The translations under genes and the position numbers were made by a program. From contig CM120643.1 in the NCBI GenBank assembly GCA_051362555.1, positions 22,510,848 through 22,574,847 on the forward strand: a stretch of 64,000 nt of DNA. Reading direction: 5' to 3'. The stretch is from Lingula anatina. Taxonomy: Eukaryota; Animalia; Brachiopoda. Shown here one piece after another: positions 49,195 to 61,822 of this stretch. Within the stretch, counting starts at the first letter, position 1, and every line of letters starts with the position of its first letter. The notes under the pieces were generated by a model. It was not told the DNA's origin. It saw nothing but the letters and a program-made list of their open reading frames with translations, and did not search any database.

Positions 49195-52100
49195 GCACTA
49201 AGCTTACACAATTATGTTTAGACGATAATTAATTAGAAACAAGAAAACACTCCAAAAGCGCAGACTTCCGCCAAGAAAAGGGCTATATACATTTAAACAA
49301 AATGTTTGAAGAGCGAGCTTCAGCCAAAACTGTTATCTTCTACCCTTCCCGTATATGTGTTTATCGGGAAATTTTCAGCAGAATTTGTAAAGACCCGTGC
49401 GAGATATCGTGTGAATGAACATCCAGAGGAACCAACCCCTATGAAAACATAACCTGTTTCGGTGGCGGAGGTGGTTAAACTACACACGTACATTAAGCGC
49501 ACACGCTGCGCATATACACGCCATTCCAATATACTGTAAATATTTTTGAAACCCCATTGCTATATGTATTGCGATATTATCGGTGAGTCAGATATTCCAA
49601 GCGTCCATTTGAATAAAAACATCTTCAATGCCAGCATCAAACTTACTTTTCAAAACCGTCCAATGTCATTTCGACCTCGTCTCCGACTTTCCCATCAAAA
49701 TGGACGGTGTAGTTGTAGTTGTTTATCATTAAGAAATGGTTCGTATTTAACTTTTCACCGATGATCTCTTCTTGGTGTTCGTGGAAATCGTCCCTGACCA
49801 CGAAAAGATCTTGTAACAAAGCATCCCCGTCGAGTTTTGAATTCAAACGGACCTGAATTTTAAAAAAGGTTCCATAAACACTTTTTAACTAGCTGTTTTC
49901 TCAATACTTTTCTTTTCATTTAAAAAACACTATTAACTCATAATTTGAAAAACACCCGTATCTCATCTAATCAAATATCGAATTCAACCGACGTACACCG
50001 AATGATTCGGATAAGCGAAGTGAAGCCATCACATTTAAAATTTGGATTAAAACTCAATTAAGAATGCTAGCTCCTACACAGCAGTGTTACTGAATCGAAT
50101 CAAAATGGAAACAATATCTGTGTAGATTGTTTACCTTCTTTTGTGCAAAGAAAGTAAAAAAAAATCCAAACAAACGACATAAGACATGTTTTTGCCGACG
50201 AGGAATGACGTTTCAACCTTTCCATCGAATGATCTTGATCACAAAACCTGTATTGGTGTCGTTAGTTGTTAAATTGAACTTTTTCTTAAGCCATTGGGTT
50301 TATTTTGAAATCGCAAAAAATACAATCATATCAAACTACATGTTCTTTTTTTCGCGGTAAAAAGGCTGCAGAGAAAGACGGTGATGCAAAGAAATCCGAC
50401 TGAATCGGTTCGTAAAGTGCACGTTTCGTAAATCTATTTCTTTTCAACAAACGCTCTTCATACCCTCGGTAGATACTGCAGGATTATAACTCCGAAGACT
50501 GTTCAGACACAAGCTCAGACAACTGGATTCATTCTCTGGTGATAAACTTGCTAAATAAGGAAGCACTAAGCAGTTGTGTTTTTTGCGCACGAAGTCATTA
50601 AAAAAAGAACGATTTCTTACCTTGGCATACCGTTCAGGACACACGGCCATGTTCCAATTGCTAACGTTGTAGCAGTTATGAGTGTTGTAGAACCATCTTG
50701 GCTTCACCACATGGGCGCCTGCGTGGCCTGTAAGGCTGCCATCATAGTCGTGTATAATGGCACTCTTGTCGCCATTTCGATCACCGAATTCTGTGCCAAA
50801 GTCGCCTGAGTCGTCGCCATCGAATACGCGGTTACCATTCTGAAATATGACGCAAATCACGTCAACTTCTATTTGAACTGATACTTAGGGCGCTTCCAGA
50901 ACAGCTGATCCGCGGATGGCTGACTCCACTTAAAAGCACGCCACCTTATCCTCTGAGGGTCTTCCCACCGTCCACACGTGCCCATAAACGGATGAAATTT
51001 CGGCTCCCCGGTTTAATTGCTCGACCCTTGCACGAAGGTGGAGGCGGGGAGACCATCAGTGGATTAGGCTGCTTGCGTTTAAGTTGGGTCGGTCATATTT
51101 AGTTGGCGGATCAATTAGTCCACGGATCATCTGTTCTGAAAGAGTCCTTAGGTTCGAAATTAACAGCATAGTACTTTTCTTTTACTTTTTTGTAAAGTTT
51201 ATAAAGTTAAAAAAAGTTACTAAGGTGACGGTAAACGATCACGAATCCAAATAGAAATGACGATAAAAGGAACTAACCGTGTCATCCTCAAAATCGAAAG
51301 TGAGGTTTGCGACACTGTTGACAGTCATAGAGAACGCCAAGGTGTTCTTAAACCAGCCTAAAGCTCCGCCTTGCCTGAAGTCGTCAGAGACGTATCCACT
51401 GAAGTGAGTATCTCTAACATGCTGAGTGACGTCATACACGATGAAGCCATTAAATGCAGTGTCACTGAAAAAGAATTTAGAGGCCGCTGAATGCGTCTCT
51501 CGCATGCTGAATGACGTGACGCGACGAAGCCATTTAAAATGTGTAACTGAACGGAACAGAGCAACATGATTATTCGGTTCACGGGCGGGTTTTTAAGGTG
51601 CTAAATATAATTTAATTGTCAATGGTTTTGAGAAACGATGCAAACTTACAGTTTTTTGTAATTCGGGACAGATTTTCCTAGTTTTTGGTAGCTGGTGCTT
51701 CCGTCTCCGGTAACCGACTTCAAAATTTCGGACTCCCCCTTGTTCTTCGATTCCCCAATGAGCACACTGTTCACCAAATACACCAAGTCGCCTCCGGCAC
51801 TGAAAGCTCAAAATTAACAGATGAACCAAAACAGCAATTCAAAATGACGTGCCAACCAATGAAGTGTTCATTATGTCACGTTGCACCCGCTTAAACTAAT
51901 ATGTACATATTCTGTTAAAATTACCATTACCAAATTACTGGTGCAAAATTGGCATGACTATCACGTCTTGTTACAGGACCAAAGTTGCAGGTACGGCCCT
52001 CTACAGAGGTGCGGCACAGTCAGGAGAGTTTTGTCTTATAAGACACTTAAGGACAAAATATGCACAACTTACACAGCATACGTTATTCCTCTTGGGCTGT

Positions 52101-55100
52101 CCGCTAAACTGAAAATACACAAGGTATATATCAACATACACTTTTGTAGTTCTGTGAAGTTTATTTGTTTAAAAAGAACTTAATGAACTCAGTGCTGCCT
52201 TTCGAAATTTTGTCACACTGTCAGCTCTTCTGGCTCGTTTTCGGATAATCAAAGAAAAAGTACGACCAGTACAGAAATTCACGTGGCATTTTGCAATATA
52301 TCAAAACAGGACTGAAGATAAAATATACAACTCGGATACTGTTCAGATTTAAATCCTATCAACTTTTCGCTATGAAAAAAAGTTGTGTAATCATTGGATT
52401 CCGATACCAAGTAATGAGACTTACGAACAATGGTCACATCTCAGCGGGCTTCCTCTGATCCATACATTCTGTTTCCAGTTCTTAAAGGCAGTTATGCGCT
52501 TAAAGACAACCTCCTCCGTCGGTCTGTAGTCGTTACCTTCTTTAAGGAGAGCATCCGTGGAGCTTAACTTGTTGTCCATGAAAAAGCCGTCCTGTGGAAA
52601 ACAGGAAAATTTCACCGGGTTGACAATGACAATATGTTATCATGTCTTAAAATGTAGTTTCCTTTCAACTTACAGCAGATTAACACTAATTAACAAAGAT
52701 AATAGAAAGTCAAAGATACTGTAAAATATAAAATACGCTTTTCGTGACGGCGACCCGATTTATCAAGTGTATATGTAGGTAAAATATCCTACAGCGTTTT
52801 AAAAGAGCCCATACTATTAAACTGCAACCAAAAGTTAATCTTTCAGCGAATCTCCAAGAAAGGACATTCAGTGAAGTATAAAAAAACGGTGATTTTTATT
52901 ACCATTTCAAAATCTAAAGACGAAGGAAAATTTCTGAACAAAAAATCGAATCAAACATAGAAAATACCTATATCCAAAACTGCGCTATATTTTCAACAGA
53001 TATAAAACAAAAAATAACATACCCTATTGGAATGAACCACGTTGTTCTCAATTTGAGGCACAGGAAATCTTCTGGCCTCGCCTTCCGCCCACACTGGAGG
53101 GTCCATTGAAGCTGAAAGCCCGTTCGGTGACTCGGGAAAGATTATCCAAATGCCCTTATCCTGCAAATTTTAACTGTTTAATCAGCGATGCTGGCCCGTG
53201 TGTGTGCGTGCGTGTGTGCGTGCGTGCGTGCGTGTGTGTGTGCGTGCGTGTGTGTGTGTTTAACCAAAGTTCGCAAGCGACAAGTTTTGTTGAACCCATG
53301 CGCTCCCCTCATATTTATCACAGTTATCAAAAAACAAGGGCGCGAGTAGAATGAACATAATCATAAATTTACTCTGACACAAGTACTTCTTTTCCGGAGA
53401 AAATACTGTATATTGCATTTGCAAAACTTAAAACACCAGTTTCAATTTTTTCCCTCTACGCAATGAACTGCTTTGTAACGTTTGGAAATCATGAATGAGG
53501 ATGAGGTGAAATTGGGCTTAAAATTCTGATTTTAATTTAAGTTAAAACTTCACAAAGAAACAATGTCAATGACGTTACACATGATCATACAAAAATAAAG
53601 TAGGTGGTCAATTCGAGGTCTGGAAAAATTACTCGATAATAATGGATAAAAAGTTCCGCAAATGCAGTCAGTCTTGTCCACGGGTAACGTTAGATTGCCC
53701 CCGGACTATTAAAATATGTTTCAAATTTAAATCAGAAATCATTAAAAAAAGTCTGAACTAATGACATTTTACTAAGGGTGTAAGCACGGTACTAGTGTTT
53801 TTAAAAAAATTGGTCTTCATCTTAACGTACCTCCGAACCCCCAGCAACGTTGTTTCTCAGGTAAGTATCCGGGCTCTTTATCCAAAATGTAGCTGGCCTG
53901 GAGGAAATAACAACACGCCCTCAAATGACAGAATTATTTGCATGATAAAACAAAAAAGGAACTTTTGCGTGTAAATGGTTCCAAGACAATTTATCGATGG
54001 TTCAAAATCACGCGTATGAAGGCGCGTGTTCCATGACAAATTTGGAACATTACAGGATACTTTATTTTTTGCCATAGCTACAGAAAAGTTATCTTCGAAA
54101 AAAAAAGTTCATTCTCTCCTCCGTTCTTTTGTTTCCATTAATTTTTAAAGGGATACATGTGACAACTCCACAATGAGTTACAAAATTCCAAAAATTGTAA
54201 ACAACATAGAAATAATCTGTGTTTGCCATCGGACCACCTGGACCTTCATAGATGGCTATATACCCTTTGCAAAAAAAAAAAAAACCCTTGCACAATGCAG
54301 TCTGCTACACGGACCCTCAGTTTCGTCACACCGGGGTCAGAAAACTCGTCTAAACTTTAAGATCAAAATTTTAGTCTTCTTTGGCCCAAGTTACCCAATT
54401 TTCACTGAAGTACTGGGCTCATTCTATAACCATAAAGATATATGGCTTATGCTACAGACAAAAGAGAAAACTTACTCAATTCAAGTGCACTAGTATGGAT
54501 TTACCAACTGACGTAGACCCAATTTCAATTAGAAAGGTTTAGATCAGGACAGTTTTATTCATTAATTTCTTTCTTTTTTATTTTGCTTGTGAAATCAGCC
54601 CCTCAATATATTGGTCATCAAATCCGAAGAAATGTGACTTCTTTCCGTCTTCCTCCACAATATGGAGTAGGCCCTACTTCCCAATTATCTGGTGAATCAC
54701 CAAATAACAATATTGCTGTCAACGTTACAGTGTCTAATATTACTTGAAAAGACCCTTATTTGAAACAAACTTGGCAAGTGATTTTAAAAATCGTCGAAAA
54801 AATTATTCAAGACCTCTGTGAAGCAATCTTTATCAAATCCTCGAGAGGCAGTTACTGTACTTCTCTGATCAAATAGTTTAATCCACAGGGACATCTATTC
54901 TGACAGATCCCCATGCTGACAAGACCCATGTAACTTATAGGCCTACTTGTACCTCAACGAACGGGCAGTTTATTTTCCAGCTAAAAATATATTATTAACG
55001 TTACTTACGCGGTGTCGGTGGGAATGAGAACCCCTTCCATTGTCCCAGTACCAAGATTTCCATCGAATACAGTCCGCCTTTCCGACCCGTCCTCCAGGAA

Positions 55101-58100
55101 GTAGCAGTGGCCGATACTGAGATAGGCCAGGTTGTCCACGACCTTAAGTATTACAGTCAGGGACTCAGTCCTAATCAATAGGCGCATTCAGATTCACACT
55201 TCGTACTAGCTGGGTTGGCGCAACTTGGGAGGGGGGGGGGGGGGTAGATTGTCGCTAAGGTGCAATACGTGGAATCGGCATTATCAACACGCGAAAGTTA
55301 TTTACCACTAGCAGCTCTGGAGGCGTGCCAGACAATTAAGCTTTTCTACTGATTGCACTTTAGGGAGAATCCCCTGCAGAGTTGGGACGACCCAGCTAGT
55401 ACGATGTGTAAATCTGAATGCAGTCATCGAGAGTACTACCTGATTTATCATCCACTCTAAACCCCCTCCTCCTCCATATAGGATGCGGTTATGCCGCCAT
55501 CCCTCAAAATACGAAATCTTGAGTAGAGAGGATTAACTTGTATACACATAAAAAACATTGAAATAAACGAAACTTTTATTAAGTGAAAGAAGAGGTCATT
55601 GACAGGTCTTTTGAATGTACAGTAAGAGCGAAAAATAACGAGATCTAGATATATTCTACATGGAAGCCAACTAAAAACATGCATTTTACATATAGTGCGT
55701 CAGTAAATCTAAAGTCAATTTGCCATTAGTTGGTTGTTTAATTTCATAACCCATACATGATACAATCATGACATGGCACTTTTCATATGACCTCACAACT
55801 GCGATGGCTCTGTGATGTCAGAGTGACGTGACCGTGACGTGTTGTGACGTTATATTTTGCCATAAACACTGACCTGAACACCGCTGGTGCCGTGCACGGT
55901 AACACATCGCGATACTGAGTGGTGGATAGAGTTCTGCCTTATGTAAGGACTGGGCACCCCCTCTGCCGTGTCGGTGTCCCCACACATGTGAAAATGGATG
56001 GGGTAGGTTCCTAGTGAATTTGATTTAATGGATAAATACATACACCTGTGCATACATGTATGTGGACATGAATTATATAATAAAACAATTATAGCCATCT
56101 GCTTTTGGTCAGTACGAAGAATGTTATTGTTCACCCCACCCAAAATTTATAATTGTATAATATTTAAAAGGTGTGAAATGCTAATATTATGAGTTTGGGA
56201 GCAATTCTTTGTAAACACTGGCCTATGGTTAATATATATTTTTAAAAAACAACAAACGGAACGTCTTGAGGACTTGAGGGTAATTTGATGCTATATCTGA
56301 CGAGTTTTGATTGATTTCGCTGGTGCATTTGGAGAAATATTTAAAATTTAGACACTTTCAATAGTTTGCTAATACGTACCGAGAACTGCATGCTGCCCCA
56401 TGTGCTCAAACTCAGCGCCTTCAATGTTGACAGAGCCAAAATGGTGATGTACCTGTCAGTGCAACAATATGGGAAATTTAGGGCAAATTTTAATCCAAAT
56501 ATCAGCCATATTACGTGAGATATTGATTTTGCAGCAATTAAAACGTAAATATCACATAAAGCTACATAATGCTGAAGCTTTTCCACAAATAAGCCTACAG
56601 CTTCAGATGCATGCAATTAAATGTTTTGTATTGGAAGTATTTATAAAAGAAAAAACCTATGGAAAGTAAACTAACTTTCAAGTGTCCTCCAAATATATCT
56701 ATGTCAAATACGTCGCAGTGATTATCGCCATAACAAGAGAGTTCACGTTCCCCCCTTATGACGACATTCCTGGTGAGCACCCCGACGTCCGCGCGTTCGT
56801 CTACATTATCAATCATCTCACCAAAATGATCAAACCACAAGGGTGCTGAAACAAAAGAAGTCAACTTATATTATCATTACTTAAAATGGAATAAAACGTG
56901 AACATGAATAAGATGCAAAAGGCAAGTAAAGAGACAGATTGGCAGATATATAAGGAAAAAATAAAGATAATAATAATAAATGGAAGAGGATGATTGGAAC
57001 TAAACATAGTCATCTACTACAAATGGAGTGATACAGACGTGCCTAGTTATACCGTAAAATTGAGACTGCTTGCCATCCAGGAAAAATCTTTAAATCTACA
57101 AGAATATATCAATTGTTGAATACCATCCAAATAGATTCATTCAATAATCGTTAACGAAGTTTTTGATTCAGCATACAAGAGGACTGAGGATTGAGATTGG
57201 GAAAATTTGTAAAGAGGAGAGGACGACGGGTGGGTGGGTGGATGGATGGGGGGAGGGGGTGTATCTAAAAACAGCTTATTGACGGGTACGTAATGAACTT
57301 ACAGTCTAAATCCACTCTCGTCTTCCTCACATTTGTGACGGTTCTTATTTCTGTCTGCATCCAGTTGTAGTCCGTGGATCCTATCAGAATCTCATCCCCT
57401 TTGAAATAATAATAATAATAATAATATATCATCAATACACAAAATACGACAATAAGTTATATTTGTGTTGATAATGTCAGACATCAGAACTGTAACAGCA
57501 GGCATCCGACACTCTTTAACCATGCATTTGCATCGAGAGACAAGATGTGTAACTAAGTGATTTGAGATTTAATTCATAAAGCAATGTCTGATAATGTGGT
57601 ATCATGAAGATTGAGAGAGCATTTATTTACTAATAAAATGTCGTTCGTGTATCTTTATATGCACGAACATTATTACTACTATAAAGTTAATCCATAGCGA
57701 AATGGAACATTGGATAAAAGTGCCTTCAACTGCATATTTTAATATTTAAAAATATATTAAACAACGAAAAGAATAGAGCAAATCGTTTTTAAAAAGACAA
57801 CATGAAAACTTTTTTCTATCTAAGAGGAACGAATTATGTTTCGACTCCTTCATTAAAGGGTGTTGATAACATAAGTGACTCCCCGATGTGAGTTTCAATG
57901 TCAGCGCATCTTGACCACCGTTCTCGCCCGCTTCTTAACAAAAAAAAAATGGTATTTATGGGAGCATCCAGATAAAACCATCCTACAAGCTGGATCAATC
58001 CAACTCTGCGAGGATTCTCGCTCAAGTGCAGTCAATGTAATCCGCTAAATTGTCTGACACGCCTCCTCGACCAAGAACGGGGTAATAGCTATCATGCGCG

Positions 58101-58986
58101 ATCGGCTCTCGAAAGCTCTTTTACTCGAGGAGGCGTATACAATTAGGTGATTACACTGAATGCTCTGTAACGAGAATCCCCCTCAGAATTAGATCGATTC
58201 AGCTAGTTCGATGGGTTTATCTGAACAAGGTCTAAACAATGCAGTTAAAATGTTCGTCAACTTACCTACGTTCCACGACGAAACGTCATCTGCAAGGAAC
58301 AGCGACGTGGTTCTAAAATCAGTCTGTTCCAAAGCCTGAAATCGCACGTACTGTCTTTGTTGCTTTGTCAATCTCTTCGGCTGTTGTTTGACACTGTTTC
58401 CACTCTGGACCATGTACTTCGCACCTTTGATGGTCAGGGTCAAGATTTTTGTCTCGGTGAACACATGTCCACGCATTTGGGCCAGTTCTTCAACCGTGTC
58501 CTCTTCTTTGCCTACACACAGAATGAACAAAGTTTTTTCCTCATAGCATAAACGTAAGAATTCTGCAAAAAAGTTTTTAATTACTAACTGATTTATTTAT
58601 TTATTTTAGTTGTAAATTATGAACAAGTACACGAAGAGCTAAGTGCAATTTTCTACTGTATTATGTTTTTTAACATATTCATAATCTTTATGTCAAAAGG
58701 AAAAGGATCAGTCTTTGATAATTATATGCTTTTAGTACATATGTCATGATAAGGACAATTCTAATTTTAAAAACTACATTAAATCTAAAAGAAAATAGCA
58801 CAATTCGAGATCATATATGAACACTCACAGCGGTTGCCTTGAAGAGTAAATAGGCCTACATGTAGTTTTTTTTAAAAGTCCTTTCAATGTTAACTGATAC
58901 AGATTGGGTACAAGAAGCAGGAAAAGAACATTTTCACAAGATAAAAAAATTCCCTTATATGTATATGGATAGTTGTCAAAGGTGAT

Positions 58987-59023
<37 letters not shown>

Positions 59024-61822
59024 ATTGCATCTGCTAAGGAAATGACACAGTGTAAAAACGGATGCTTCCAGTACATACAGTAGATGATACCATATGCCCG
59101 GCTGTCAAAACAAAGCCATTGTATGCCTTCTACCAGGACCGCATTTTATATTATGTGAACTTTTTCTCTGACGAATTACTTTCAATTTAACCAGAGACAT
59201 TTCTGTGAATATCTAGTGAAAAAAAAAAACAATCTGTGACCCTGGTAGAGGGTAGGCATTGTGTATTTTGCAGCCAAATTGATGGTCCGCAGTTTCGTGG
59301 TTTTGCCACTCTGCACAAGTTCCCTTACATTCTGATATCTACACGAGTTTCATAAAATCTTTCTTTGTCATGTTTCTTTGGTTGGAAGACTAAAAAGGAC
59401 CAAAGTCGAAAAGGCACAAGGGAAAATTAAATCCTACGTATATATTACTGAAACACATAGGCCCTATCCGTTTCTTAAAAACAATCTTTGAAGATCATTA
59501 ACACCATTAAAATGACTAATGCAATAATATTCTTTACACGCAGTCAAATATAGAAAGATATTTACCTTTGATAAAAATGGCGGCATACGCGTCTCCTTGT
59601 TGGAAATTCCTAAGCTGTGTGGCCCCCTTTTCCTCCAGTGCCGTCAGAAGGGGCTCCAAATCAAAAGTGGAATCGGGGCGCACGACTTCTTCTCGAACCG
59701 CCAACATGGCAAGTTGACCGGAAGTCATTCCTAGCAAGTGTGAAGTACGACCATATATCAGCAGTTCTCCAAACTGTACATTTCAAAATAGTAAAAAAAA
59801 AAGTGAGGTCAGAAGAATAGGAATTTCTGATTCGCAATGGCATAAGAAACCCGTCCTCTATATTTTGATCCACTTACGTCATTTTACATCAAAATATGCT
59901 CTTTTTGAAGGGTTTCAAAGCAAACCTCTTTTTTATAGAACACGGACCAAAAACCAATGCATATATCAGACATACATGTATGACATGCAATGTTGATCGA
60001 ACATAATCAAACGTACCCCTGATTCTAGCTGGAAGATCTTCTTCTATGTCCTGCCTAACGTTAGACTCATAAACGGTTTTGTTCGTTGCAACAAGCTCCT
60101 TCTTTTTGTAATTGAACTCATAAAAATATATACCGCGGTCAAATTTGTCCCAGCTGCTTCCCAACTGAAATAGAGACATACTTGACGTGTTCAGACACGG
60201 GTAAAATTATGATTTCAATCCAAATGACTATTTCTACCAGTACAAAATTTTTCAGCTGTTGGCCTTTGTGTAAACTGATATAACCTACCTTCAGTAGTAA
60301 AAGTGAATTGATAAAATGGGGGCATGACGCAGACAATAAATGTCCTTATTTACAGACAAGGACATAAAAAAAGTGTTCTTTGAACTGGAATCGCTTCGAA
60401 GAAAATTTAGTTGATCTTTGTACTCACATCATGCGAGAACAGGAGTCCATCATCGGCTGTCGAAGGTTTCACAACGGACTGTGTCAGTTTCGTCCAGGAT
60501 ATTTTATCAGCACCGTGAATTTCCAGGTTTCCATTGTCTACTCCTATAAACTTTTGCCCAAAGTCTGTCACGTCCGGGATGTCGTCTCGTTTCCCTGAAA
60601 AAACGTTAGAAACTTAACCAGAATCCTAAAGTCTGAGAATACTCTATAAGGAGGTTGCGTTTTCTCGTCTTTTCGTCGACCTTTTGTGTGAACATACTAA
60701 ACTTTTGGGTTTCAACGGATTCATAGTCCCATCAGACCTCTTGCGGTGTTTTGGCATTTTTCGCTTGAACCCCCCGCCCACTCCCCCAACAGAAAAAGAA
60801 CATCTTCTTACCTCTAAGTGTAATGATAGCCTTCTTATCTGCTGGATACTTGCATTCTTCAGACCCAATAATCAGAGATCCGTTATTGGCAATCAGTATG
60901 TAGTAAGTGCTTACATGTAGATCAGTCCCTTCCGTATTAATCCCCCATATCAGACGCCCGTCACGCCTGATCTTAATTGCTTTGAGAGGAGGGGGTGACG
61001 TGTCCAGCAGTATGGACAACCCGTCTTCGATGATGACAACACTGTCCTCGGTGGGCACCTGAATAAACAAACATTTTTCGTGTCAAATAAAAGCCATACT
61101 AAGAAACACTGGTACTTCACCCAAGTGGTCTTTTTTAAAAATAGATACATGCACGCTGGTATTATGTTAGGGCCTGTTAAGAAGCACTCTGATCCGCGGA
61201 CTAACAGATCCGCGGATCAAATATTTCGCTCACTTGACAATGGACACCCCCCCCCCCCCCAACTCCCACGCGCGCCGTCCCAGGGGCAGAGCAATTAAAC
61301 ATCGGCATGCTCTCTAGTGGGCCGCGCCTTATTTAATCGTTCGTAAAAACGCTTTTGGTCTAATAAATTAGAAAATTCACTATATCGCCACGTAAGACTA
61401 TTAACGACTTAAACGTGAATTAGGTTAAGTTCAATGTGATGTACATTCAACTCAAGTGTTCTAGCGCAGAGTAACACACTTCCTAATATTTTTAAGGCAA
61501 AAGGATGCCTTTTGCAAAAAAACTAAACAAAATCTTATGGATTTATAATTTGTTACAGAAGTTTTTGACGAATTTCGATTTTTCACCAGGCAGGTCAATC
61601 AAAATGGTTTATCTGATTATATTATAATCAAATATGAATCCATATTCATTCCGATTTGATTTAAGATATCTAATTTAAAATCACTTTGTAGCTATTTCAG
61701 GAGCTGCGCTTCCACTAACTAACTAACTAACTAATGGCTACTCACAGCGTTCTCTGGCCAGCTCTGTGGGTCACTCCATGGCTTCAGACCGTTTTCTCCC
61801 CACGGACACGCGCTAGTATCGC
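45584..61822 (-). CDS. CEMIP/TMEM2 (CEMIP2)-like G8-domain protein, cell-surface hyaluronidase family (first coding exon not identified)
   Basis: 23 phase-compatible GT-AG exons (3281 nt): 61822-61746, 61058-60812, 60594-60428, 60164-60017, 59730-59566, 58511-58266, 57398-57303, 56845-56676, 56452-56380, 56010-55874, 55142-55009, 53897-53831, 53160-53023, 52591-52425, 52108-52073, 51799-51650, 51464-51278, 50839-50621, 49852-49647, 49108-48947, 48456-48282, 48050-47988, 45634-45584. Family motifs: FGQKFIGV..GNLEIHG..KISWTKL, GDEILIGSTDY, ERADVGVLTRNVVIRG, FGGHLK, YPIHFHMCGD, SIHHSVSRCVTVHGT, GHCYFLEDGSE, TFWI..P, GLLFL. The last two exons are less certain. Confidence 0.88.
46430..47335. repeat. 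Transposon-like intronic repeat with ~170-bp internal direct duplication
   Basis: 46433-46600 resembles 47162-47330 (ttagtgatttt...cctaagcttt...gcttgtttgccattaa..tggtggtgggtgtg...gttgccatggt). Several caa(a/g)atgg(c/t) motifs lie between them. Confidence 0.55.
55184..55421. mobile_element. MITE in intron
   Basis: TIR gcattcagatt-acac-tcgtactagctgggt...cccagctagtacgatgtgtaaatctgaatgc. Confidence 0.6.
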
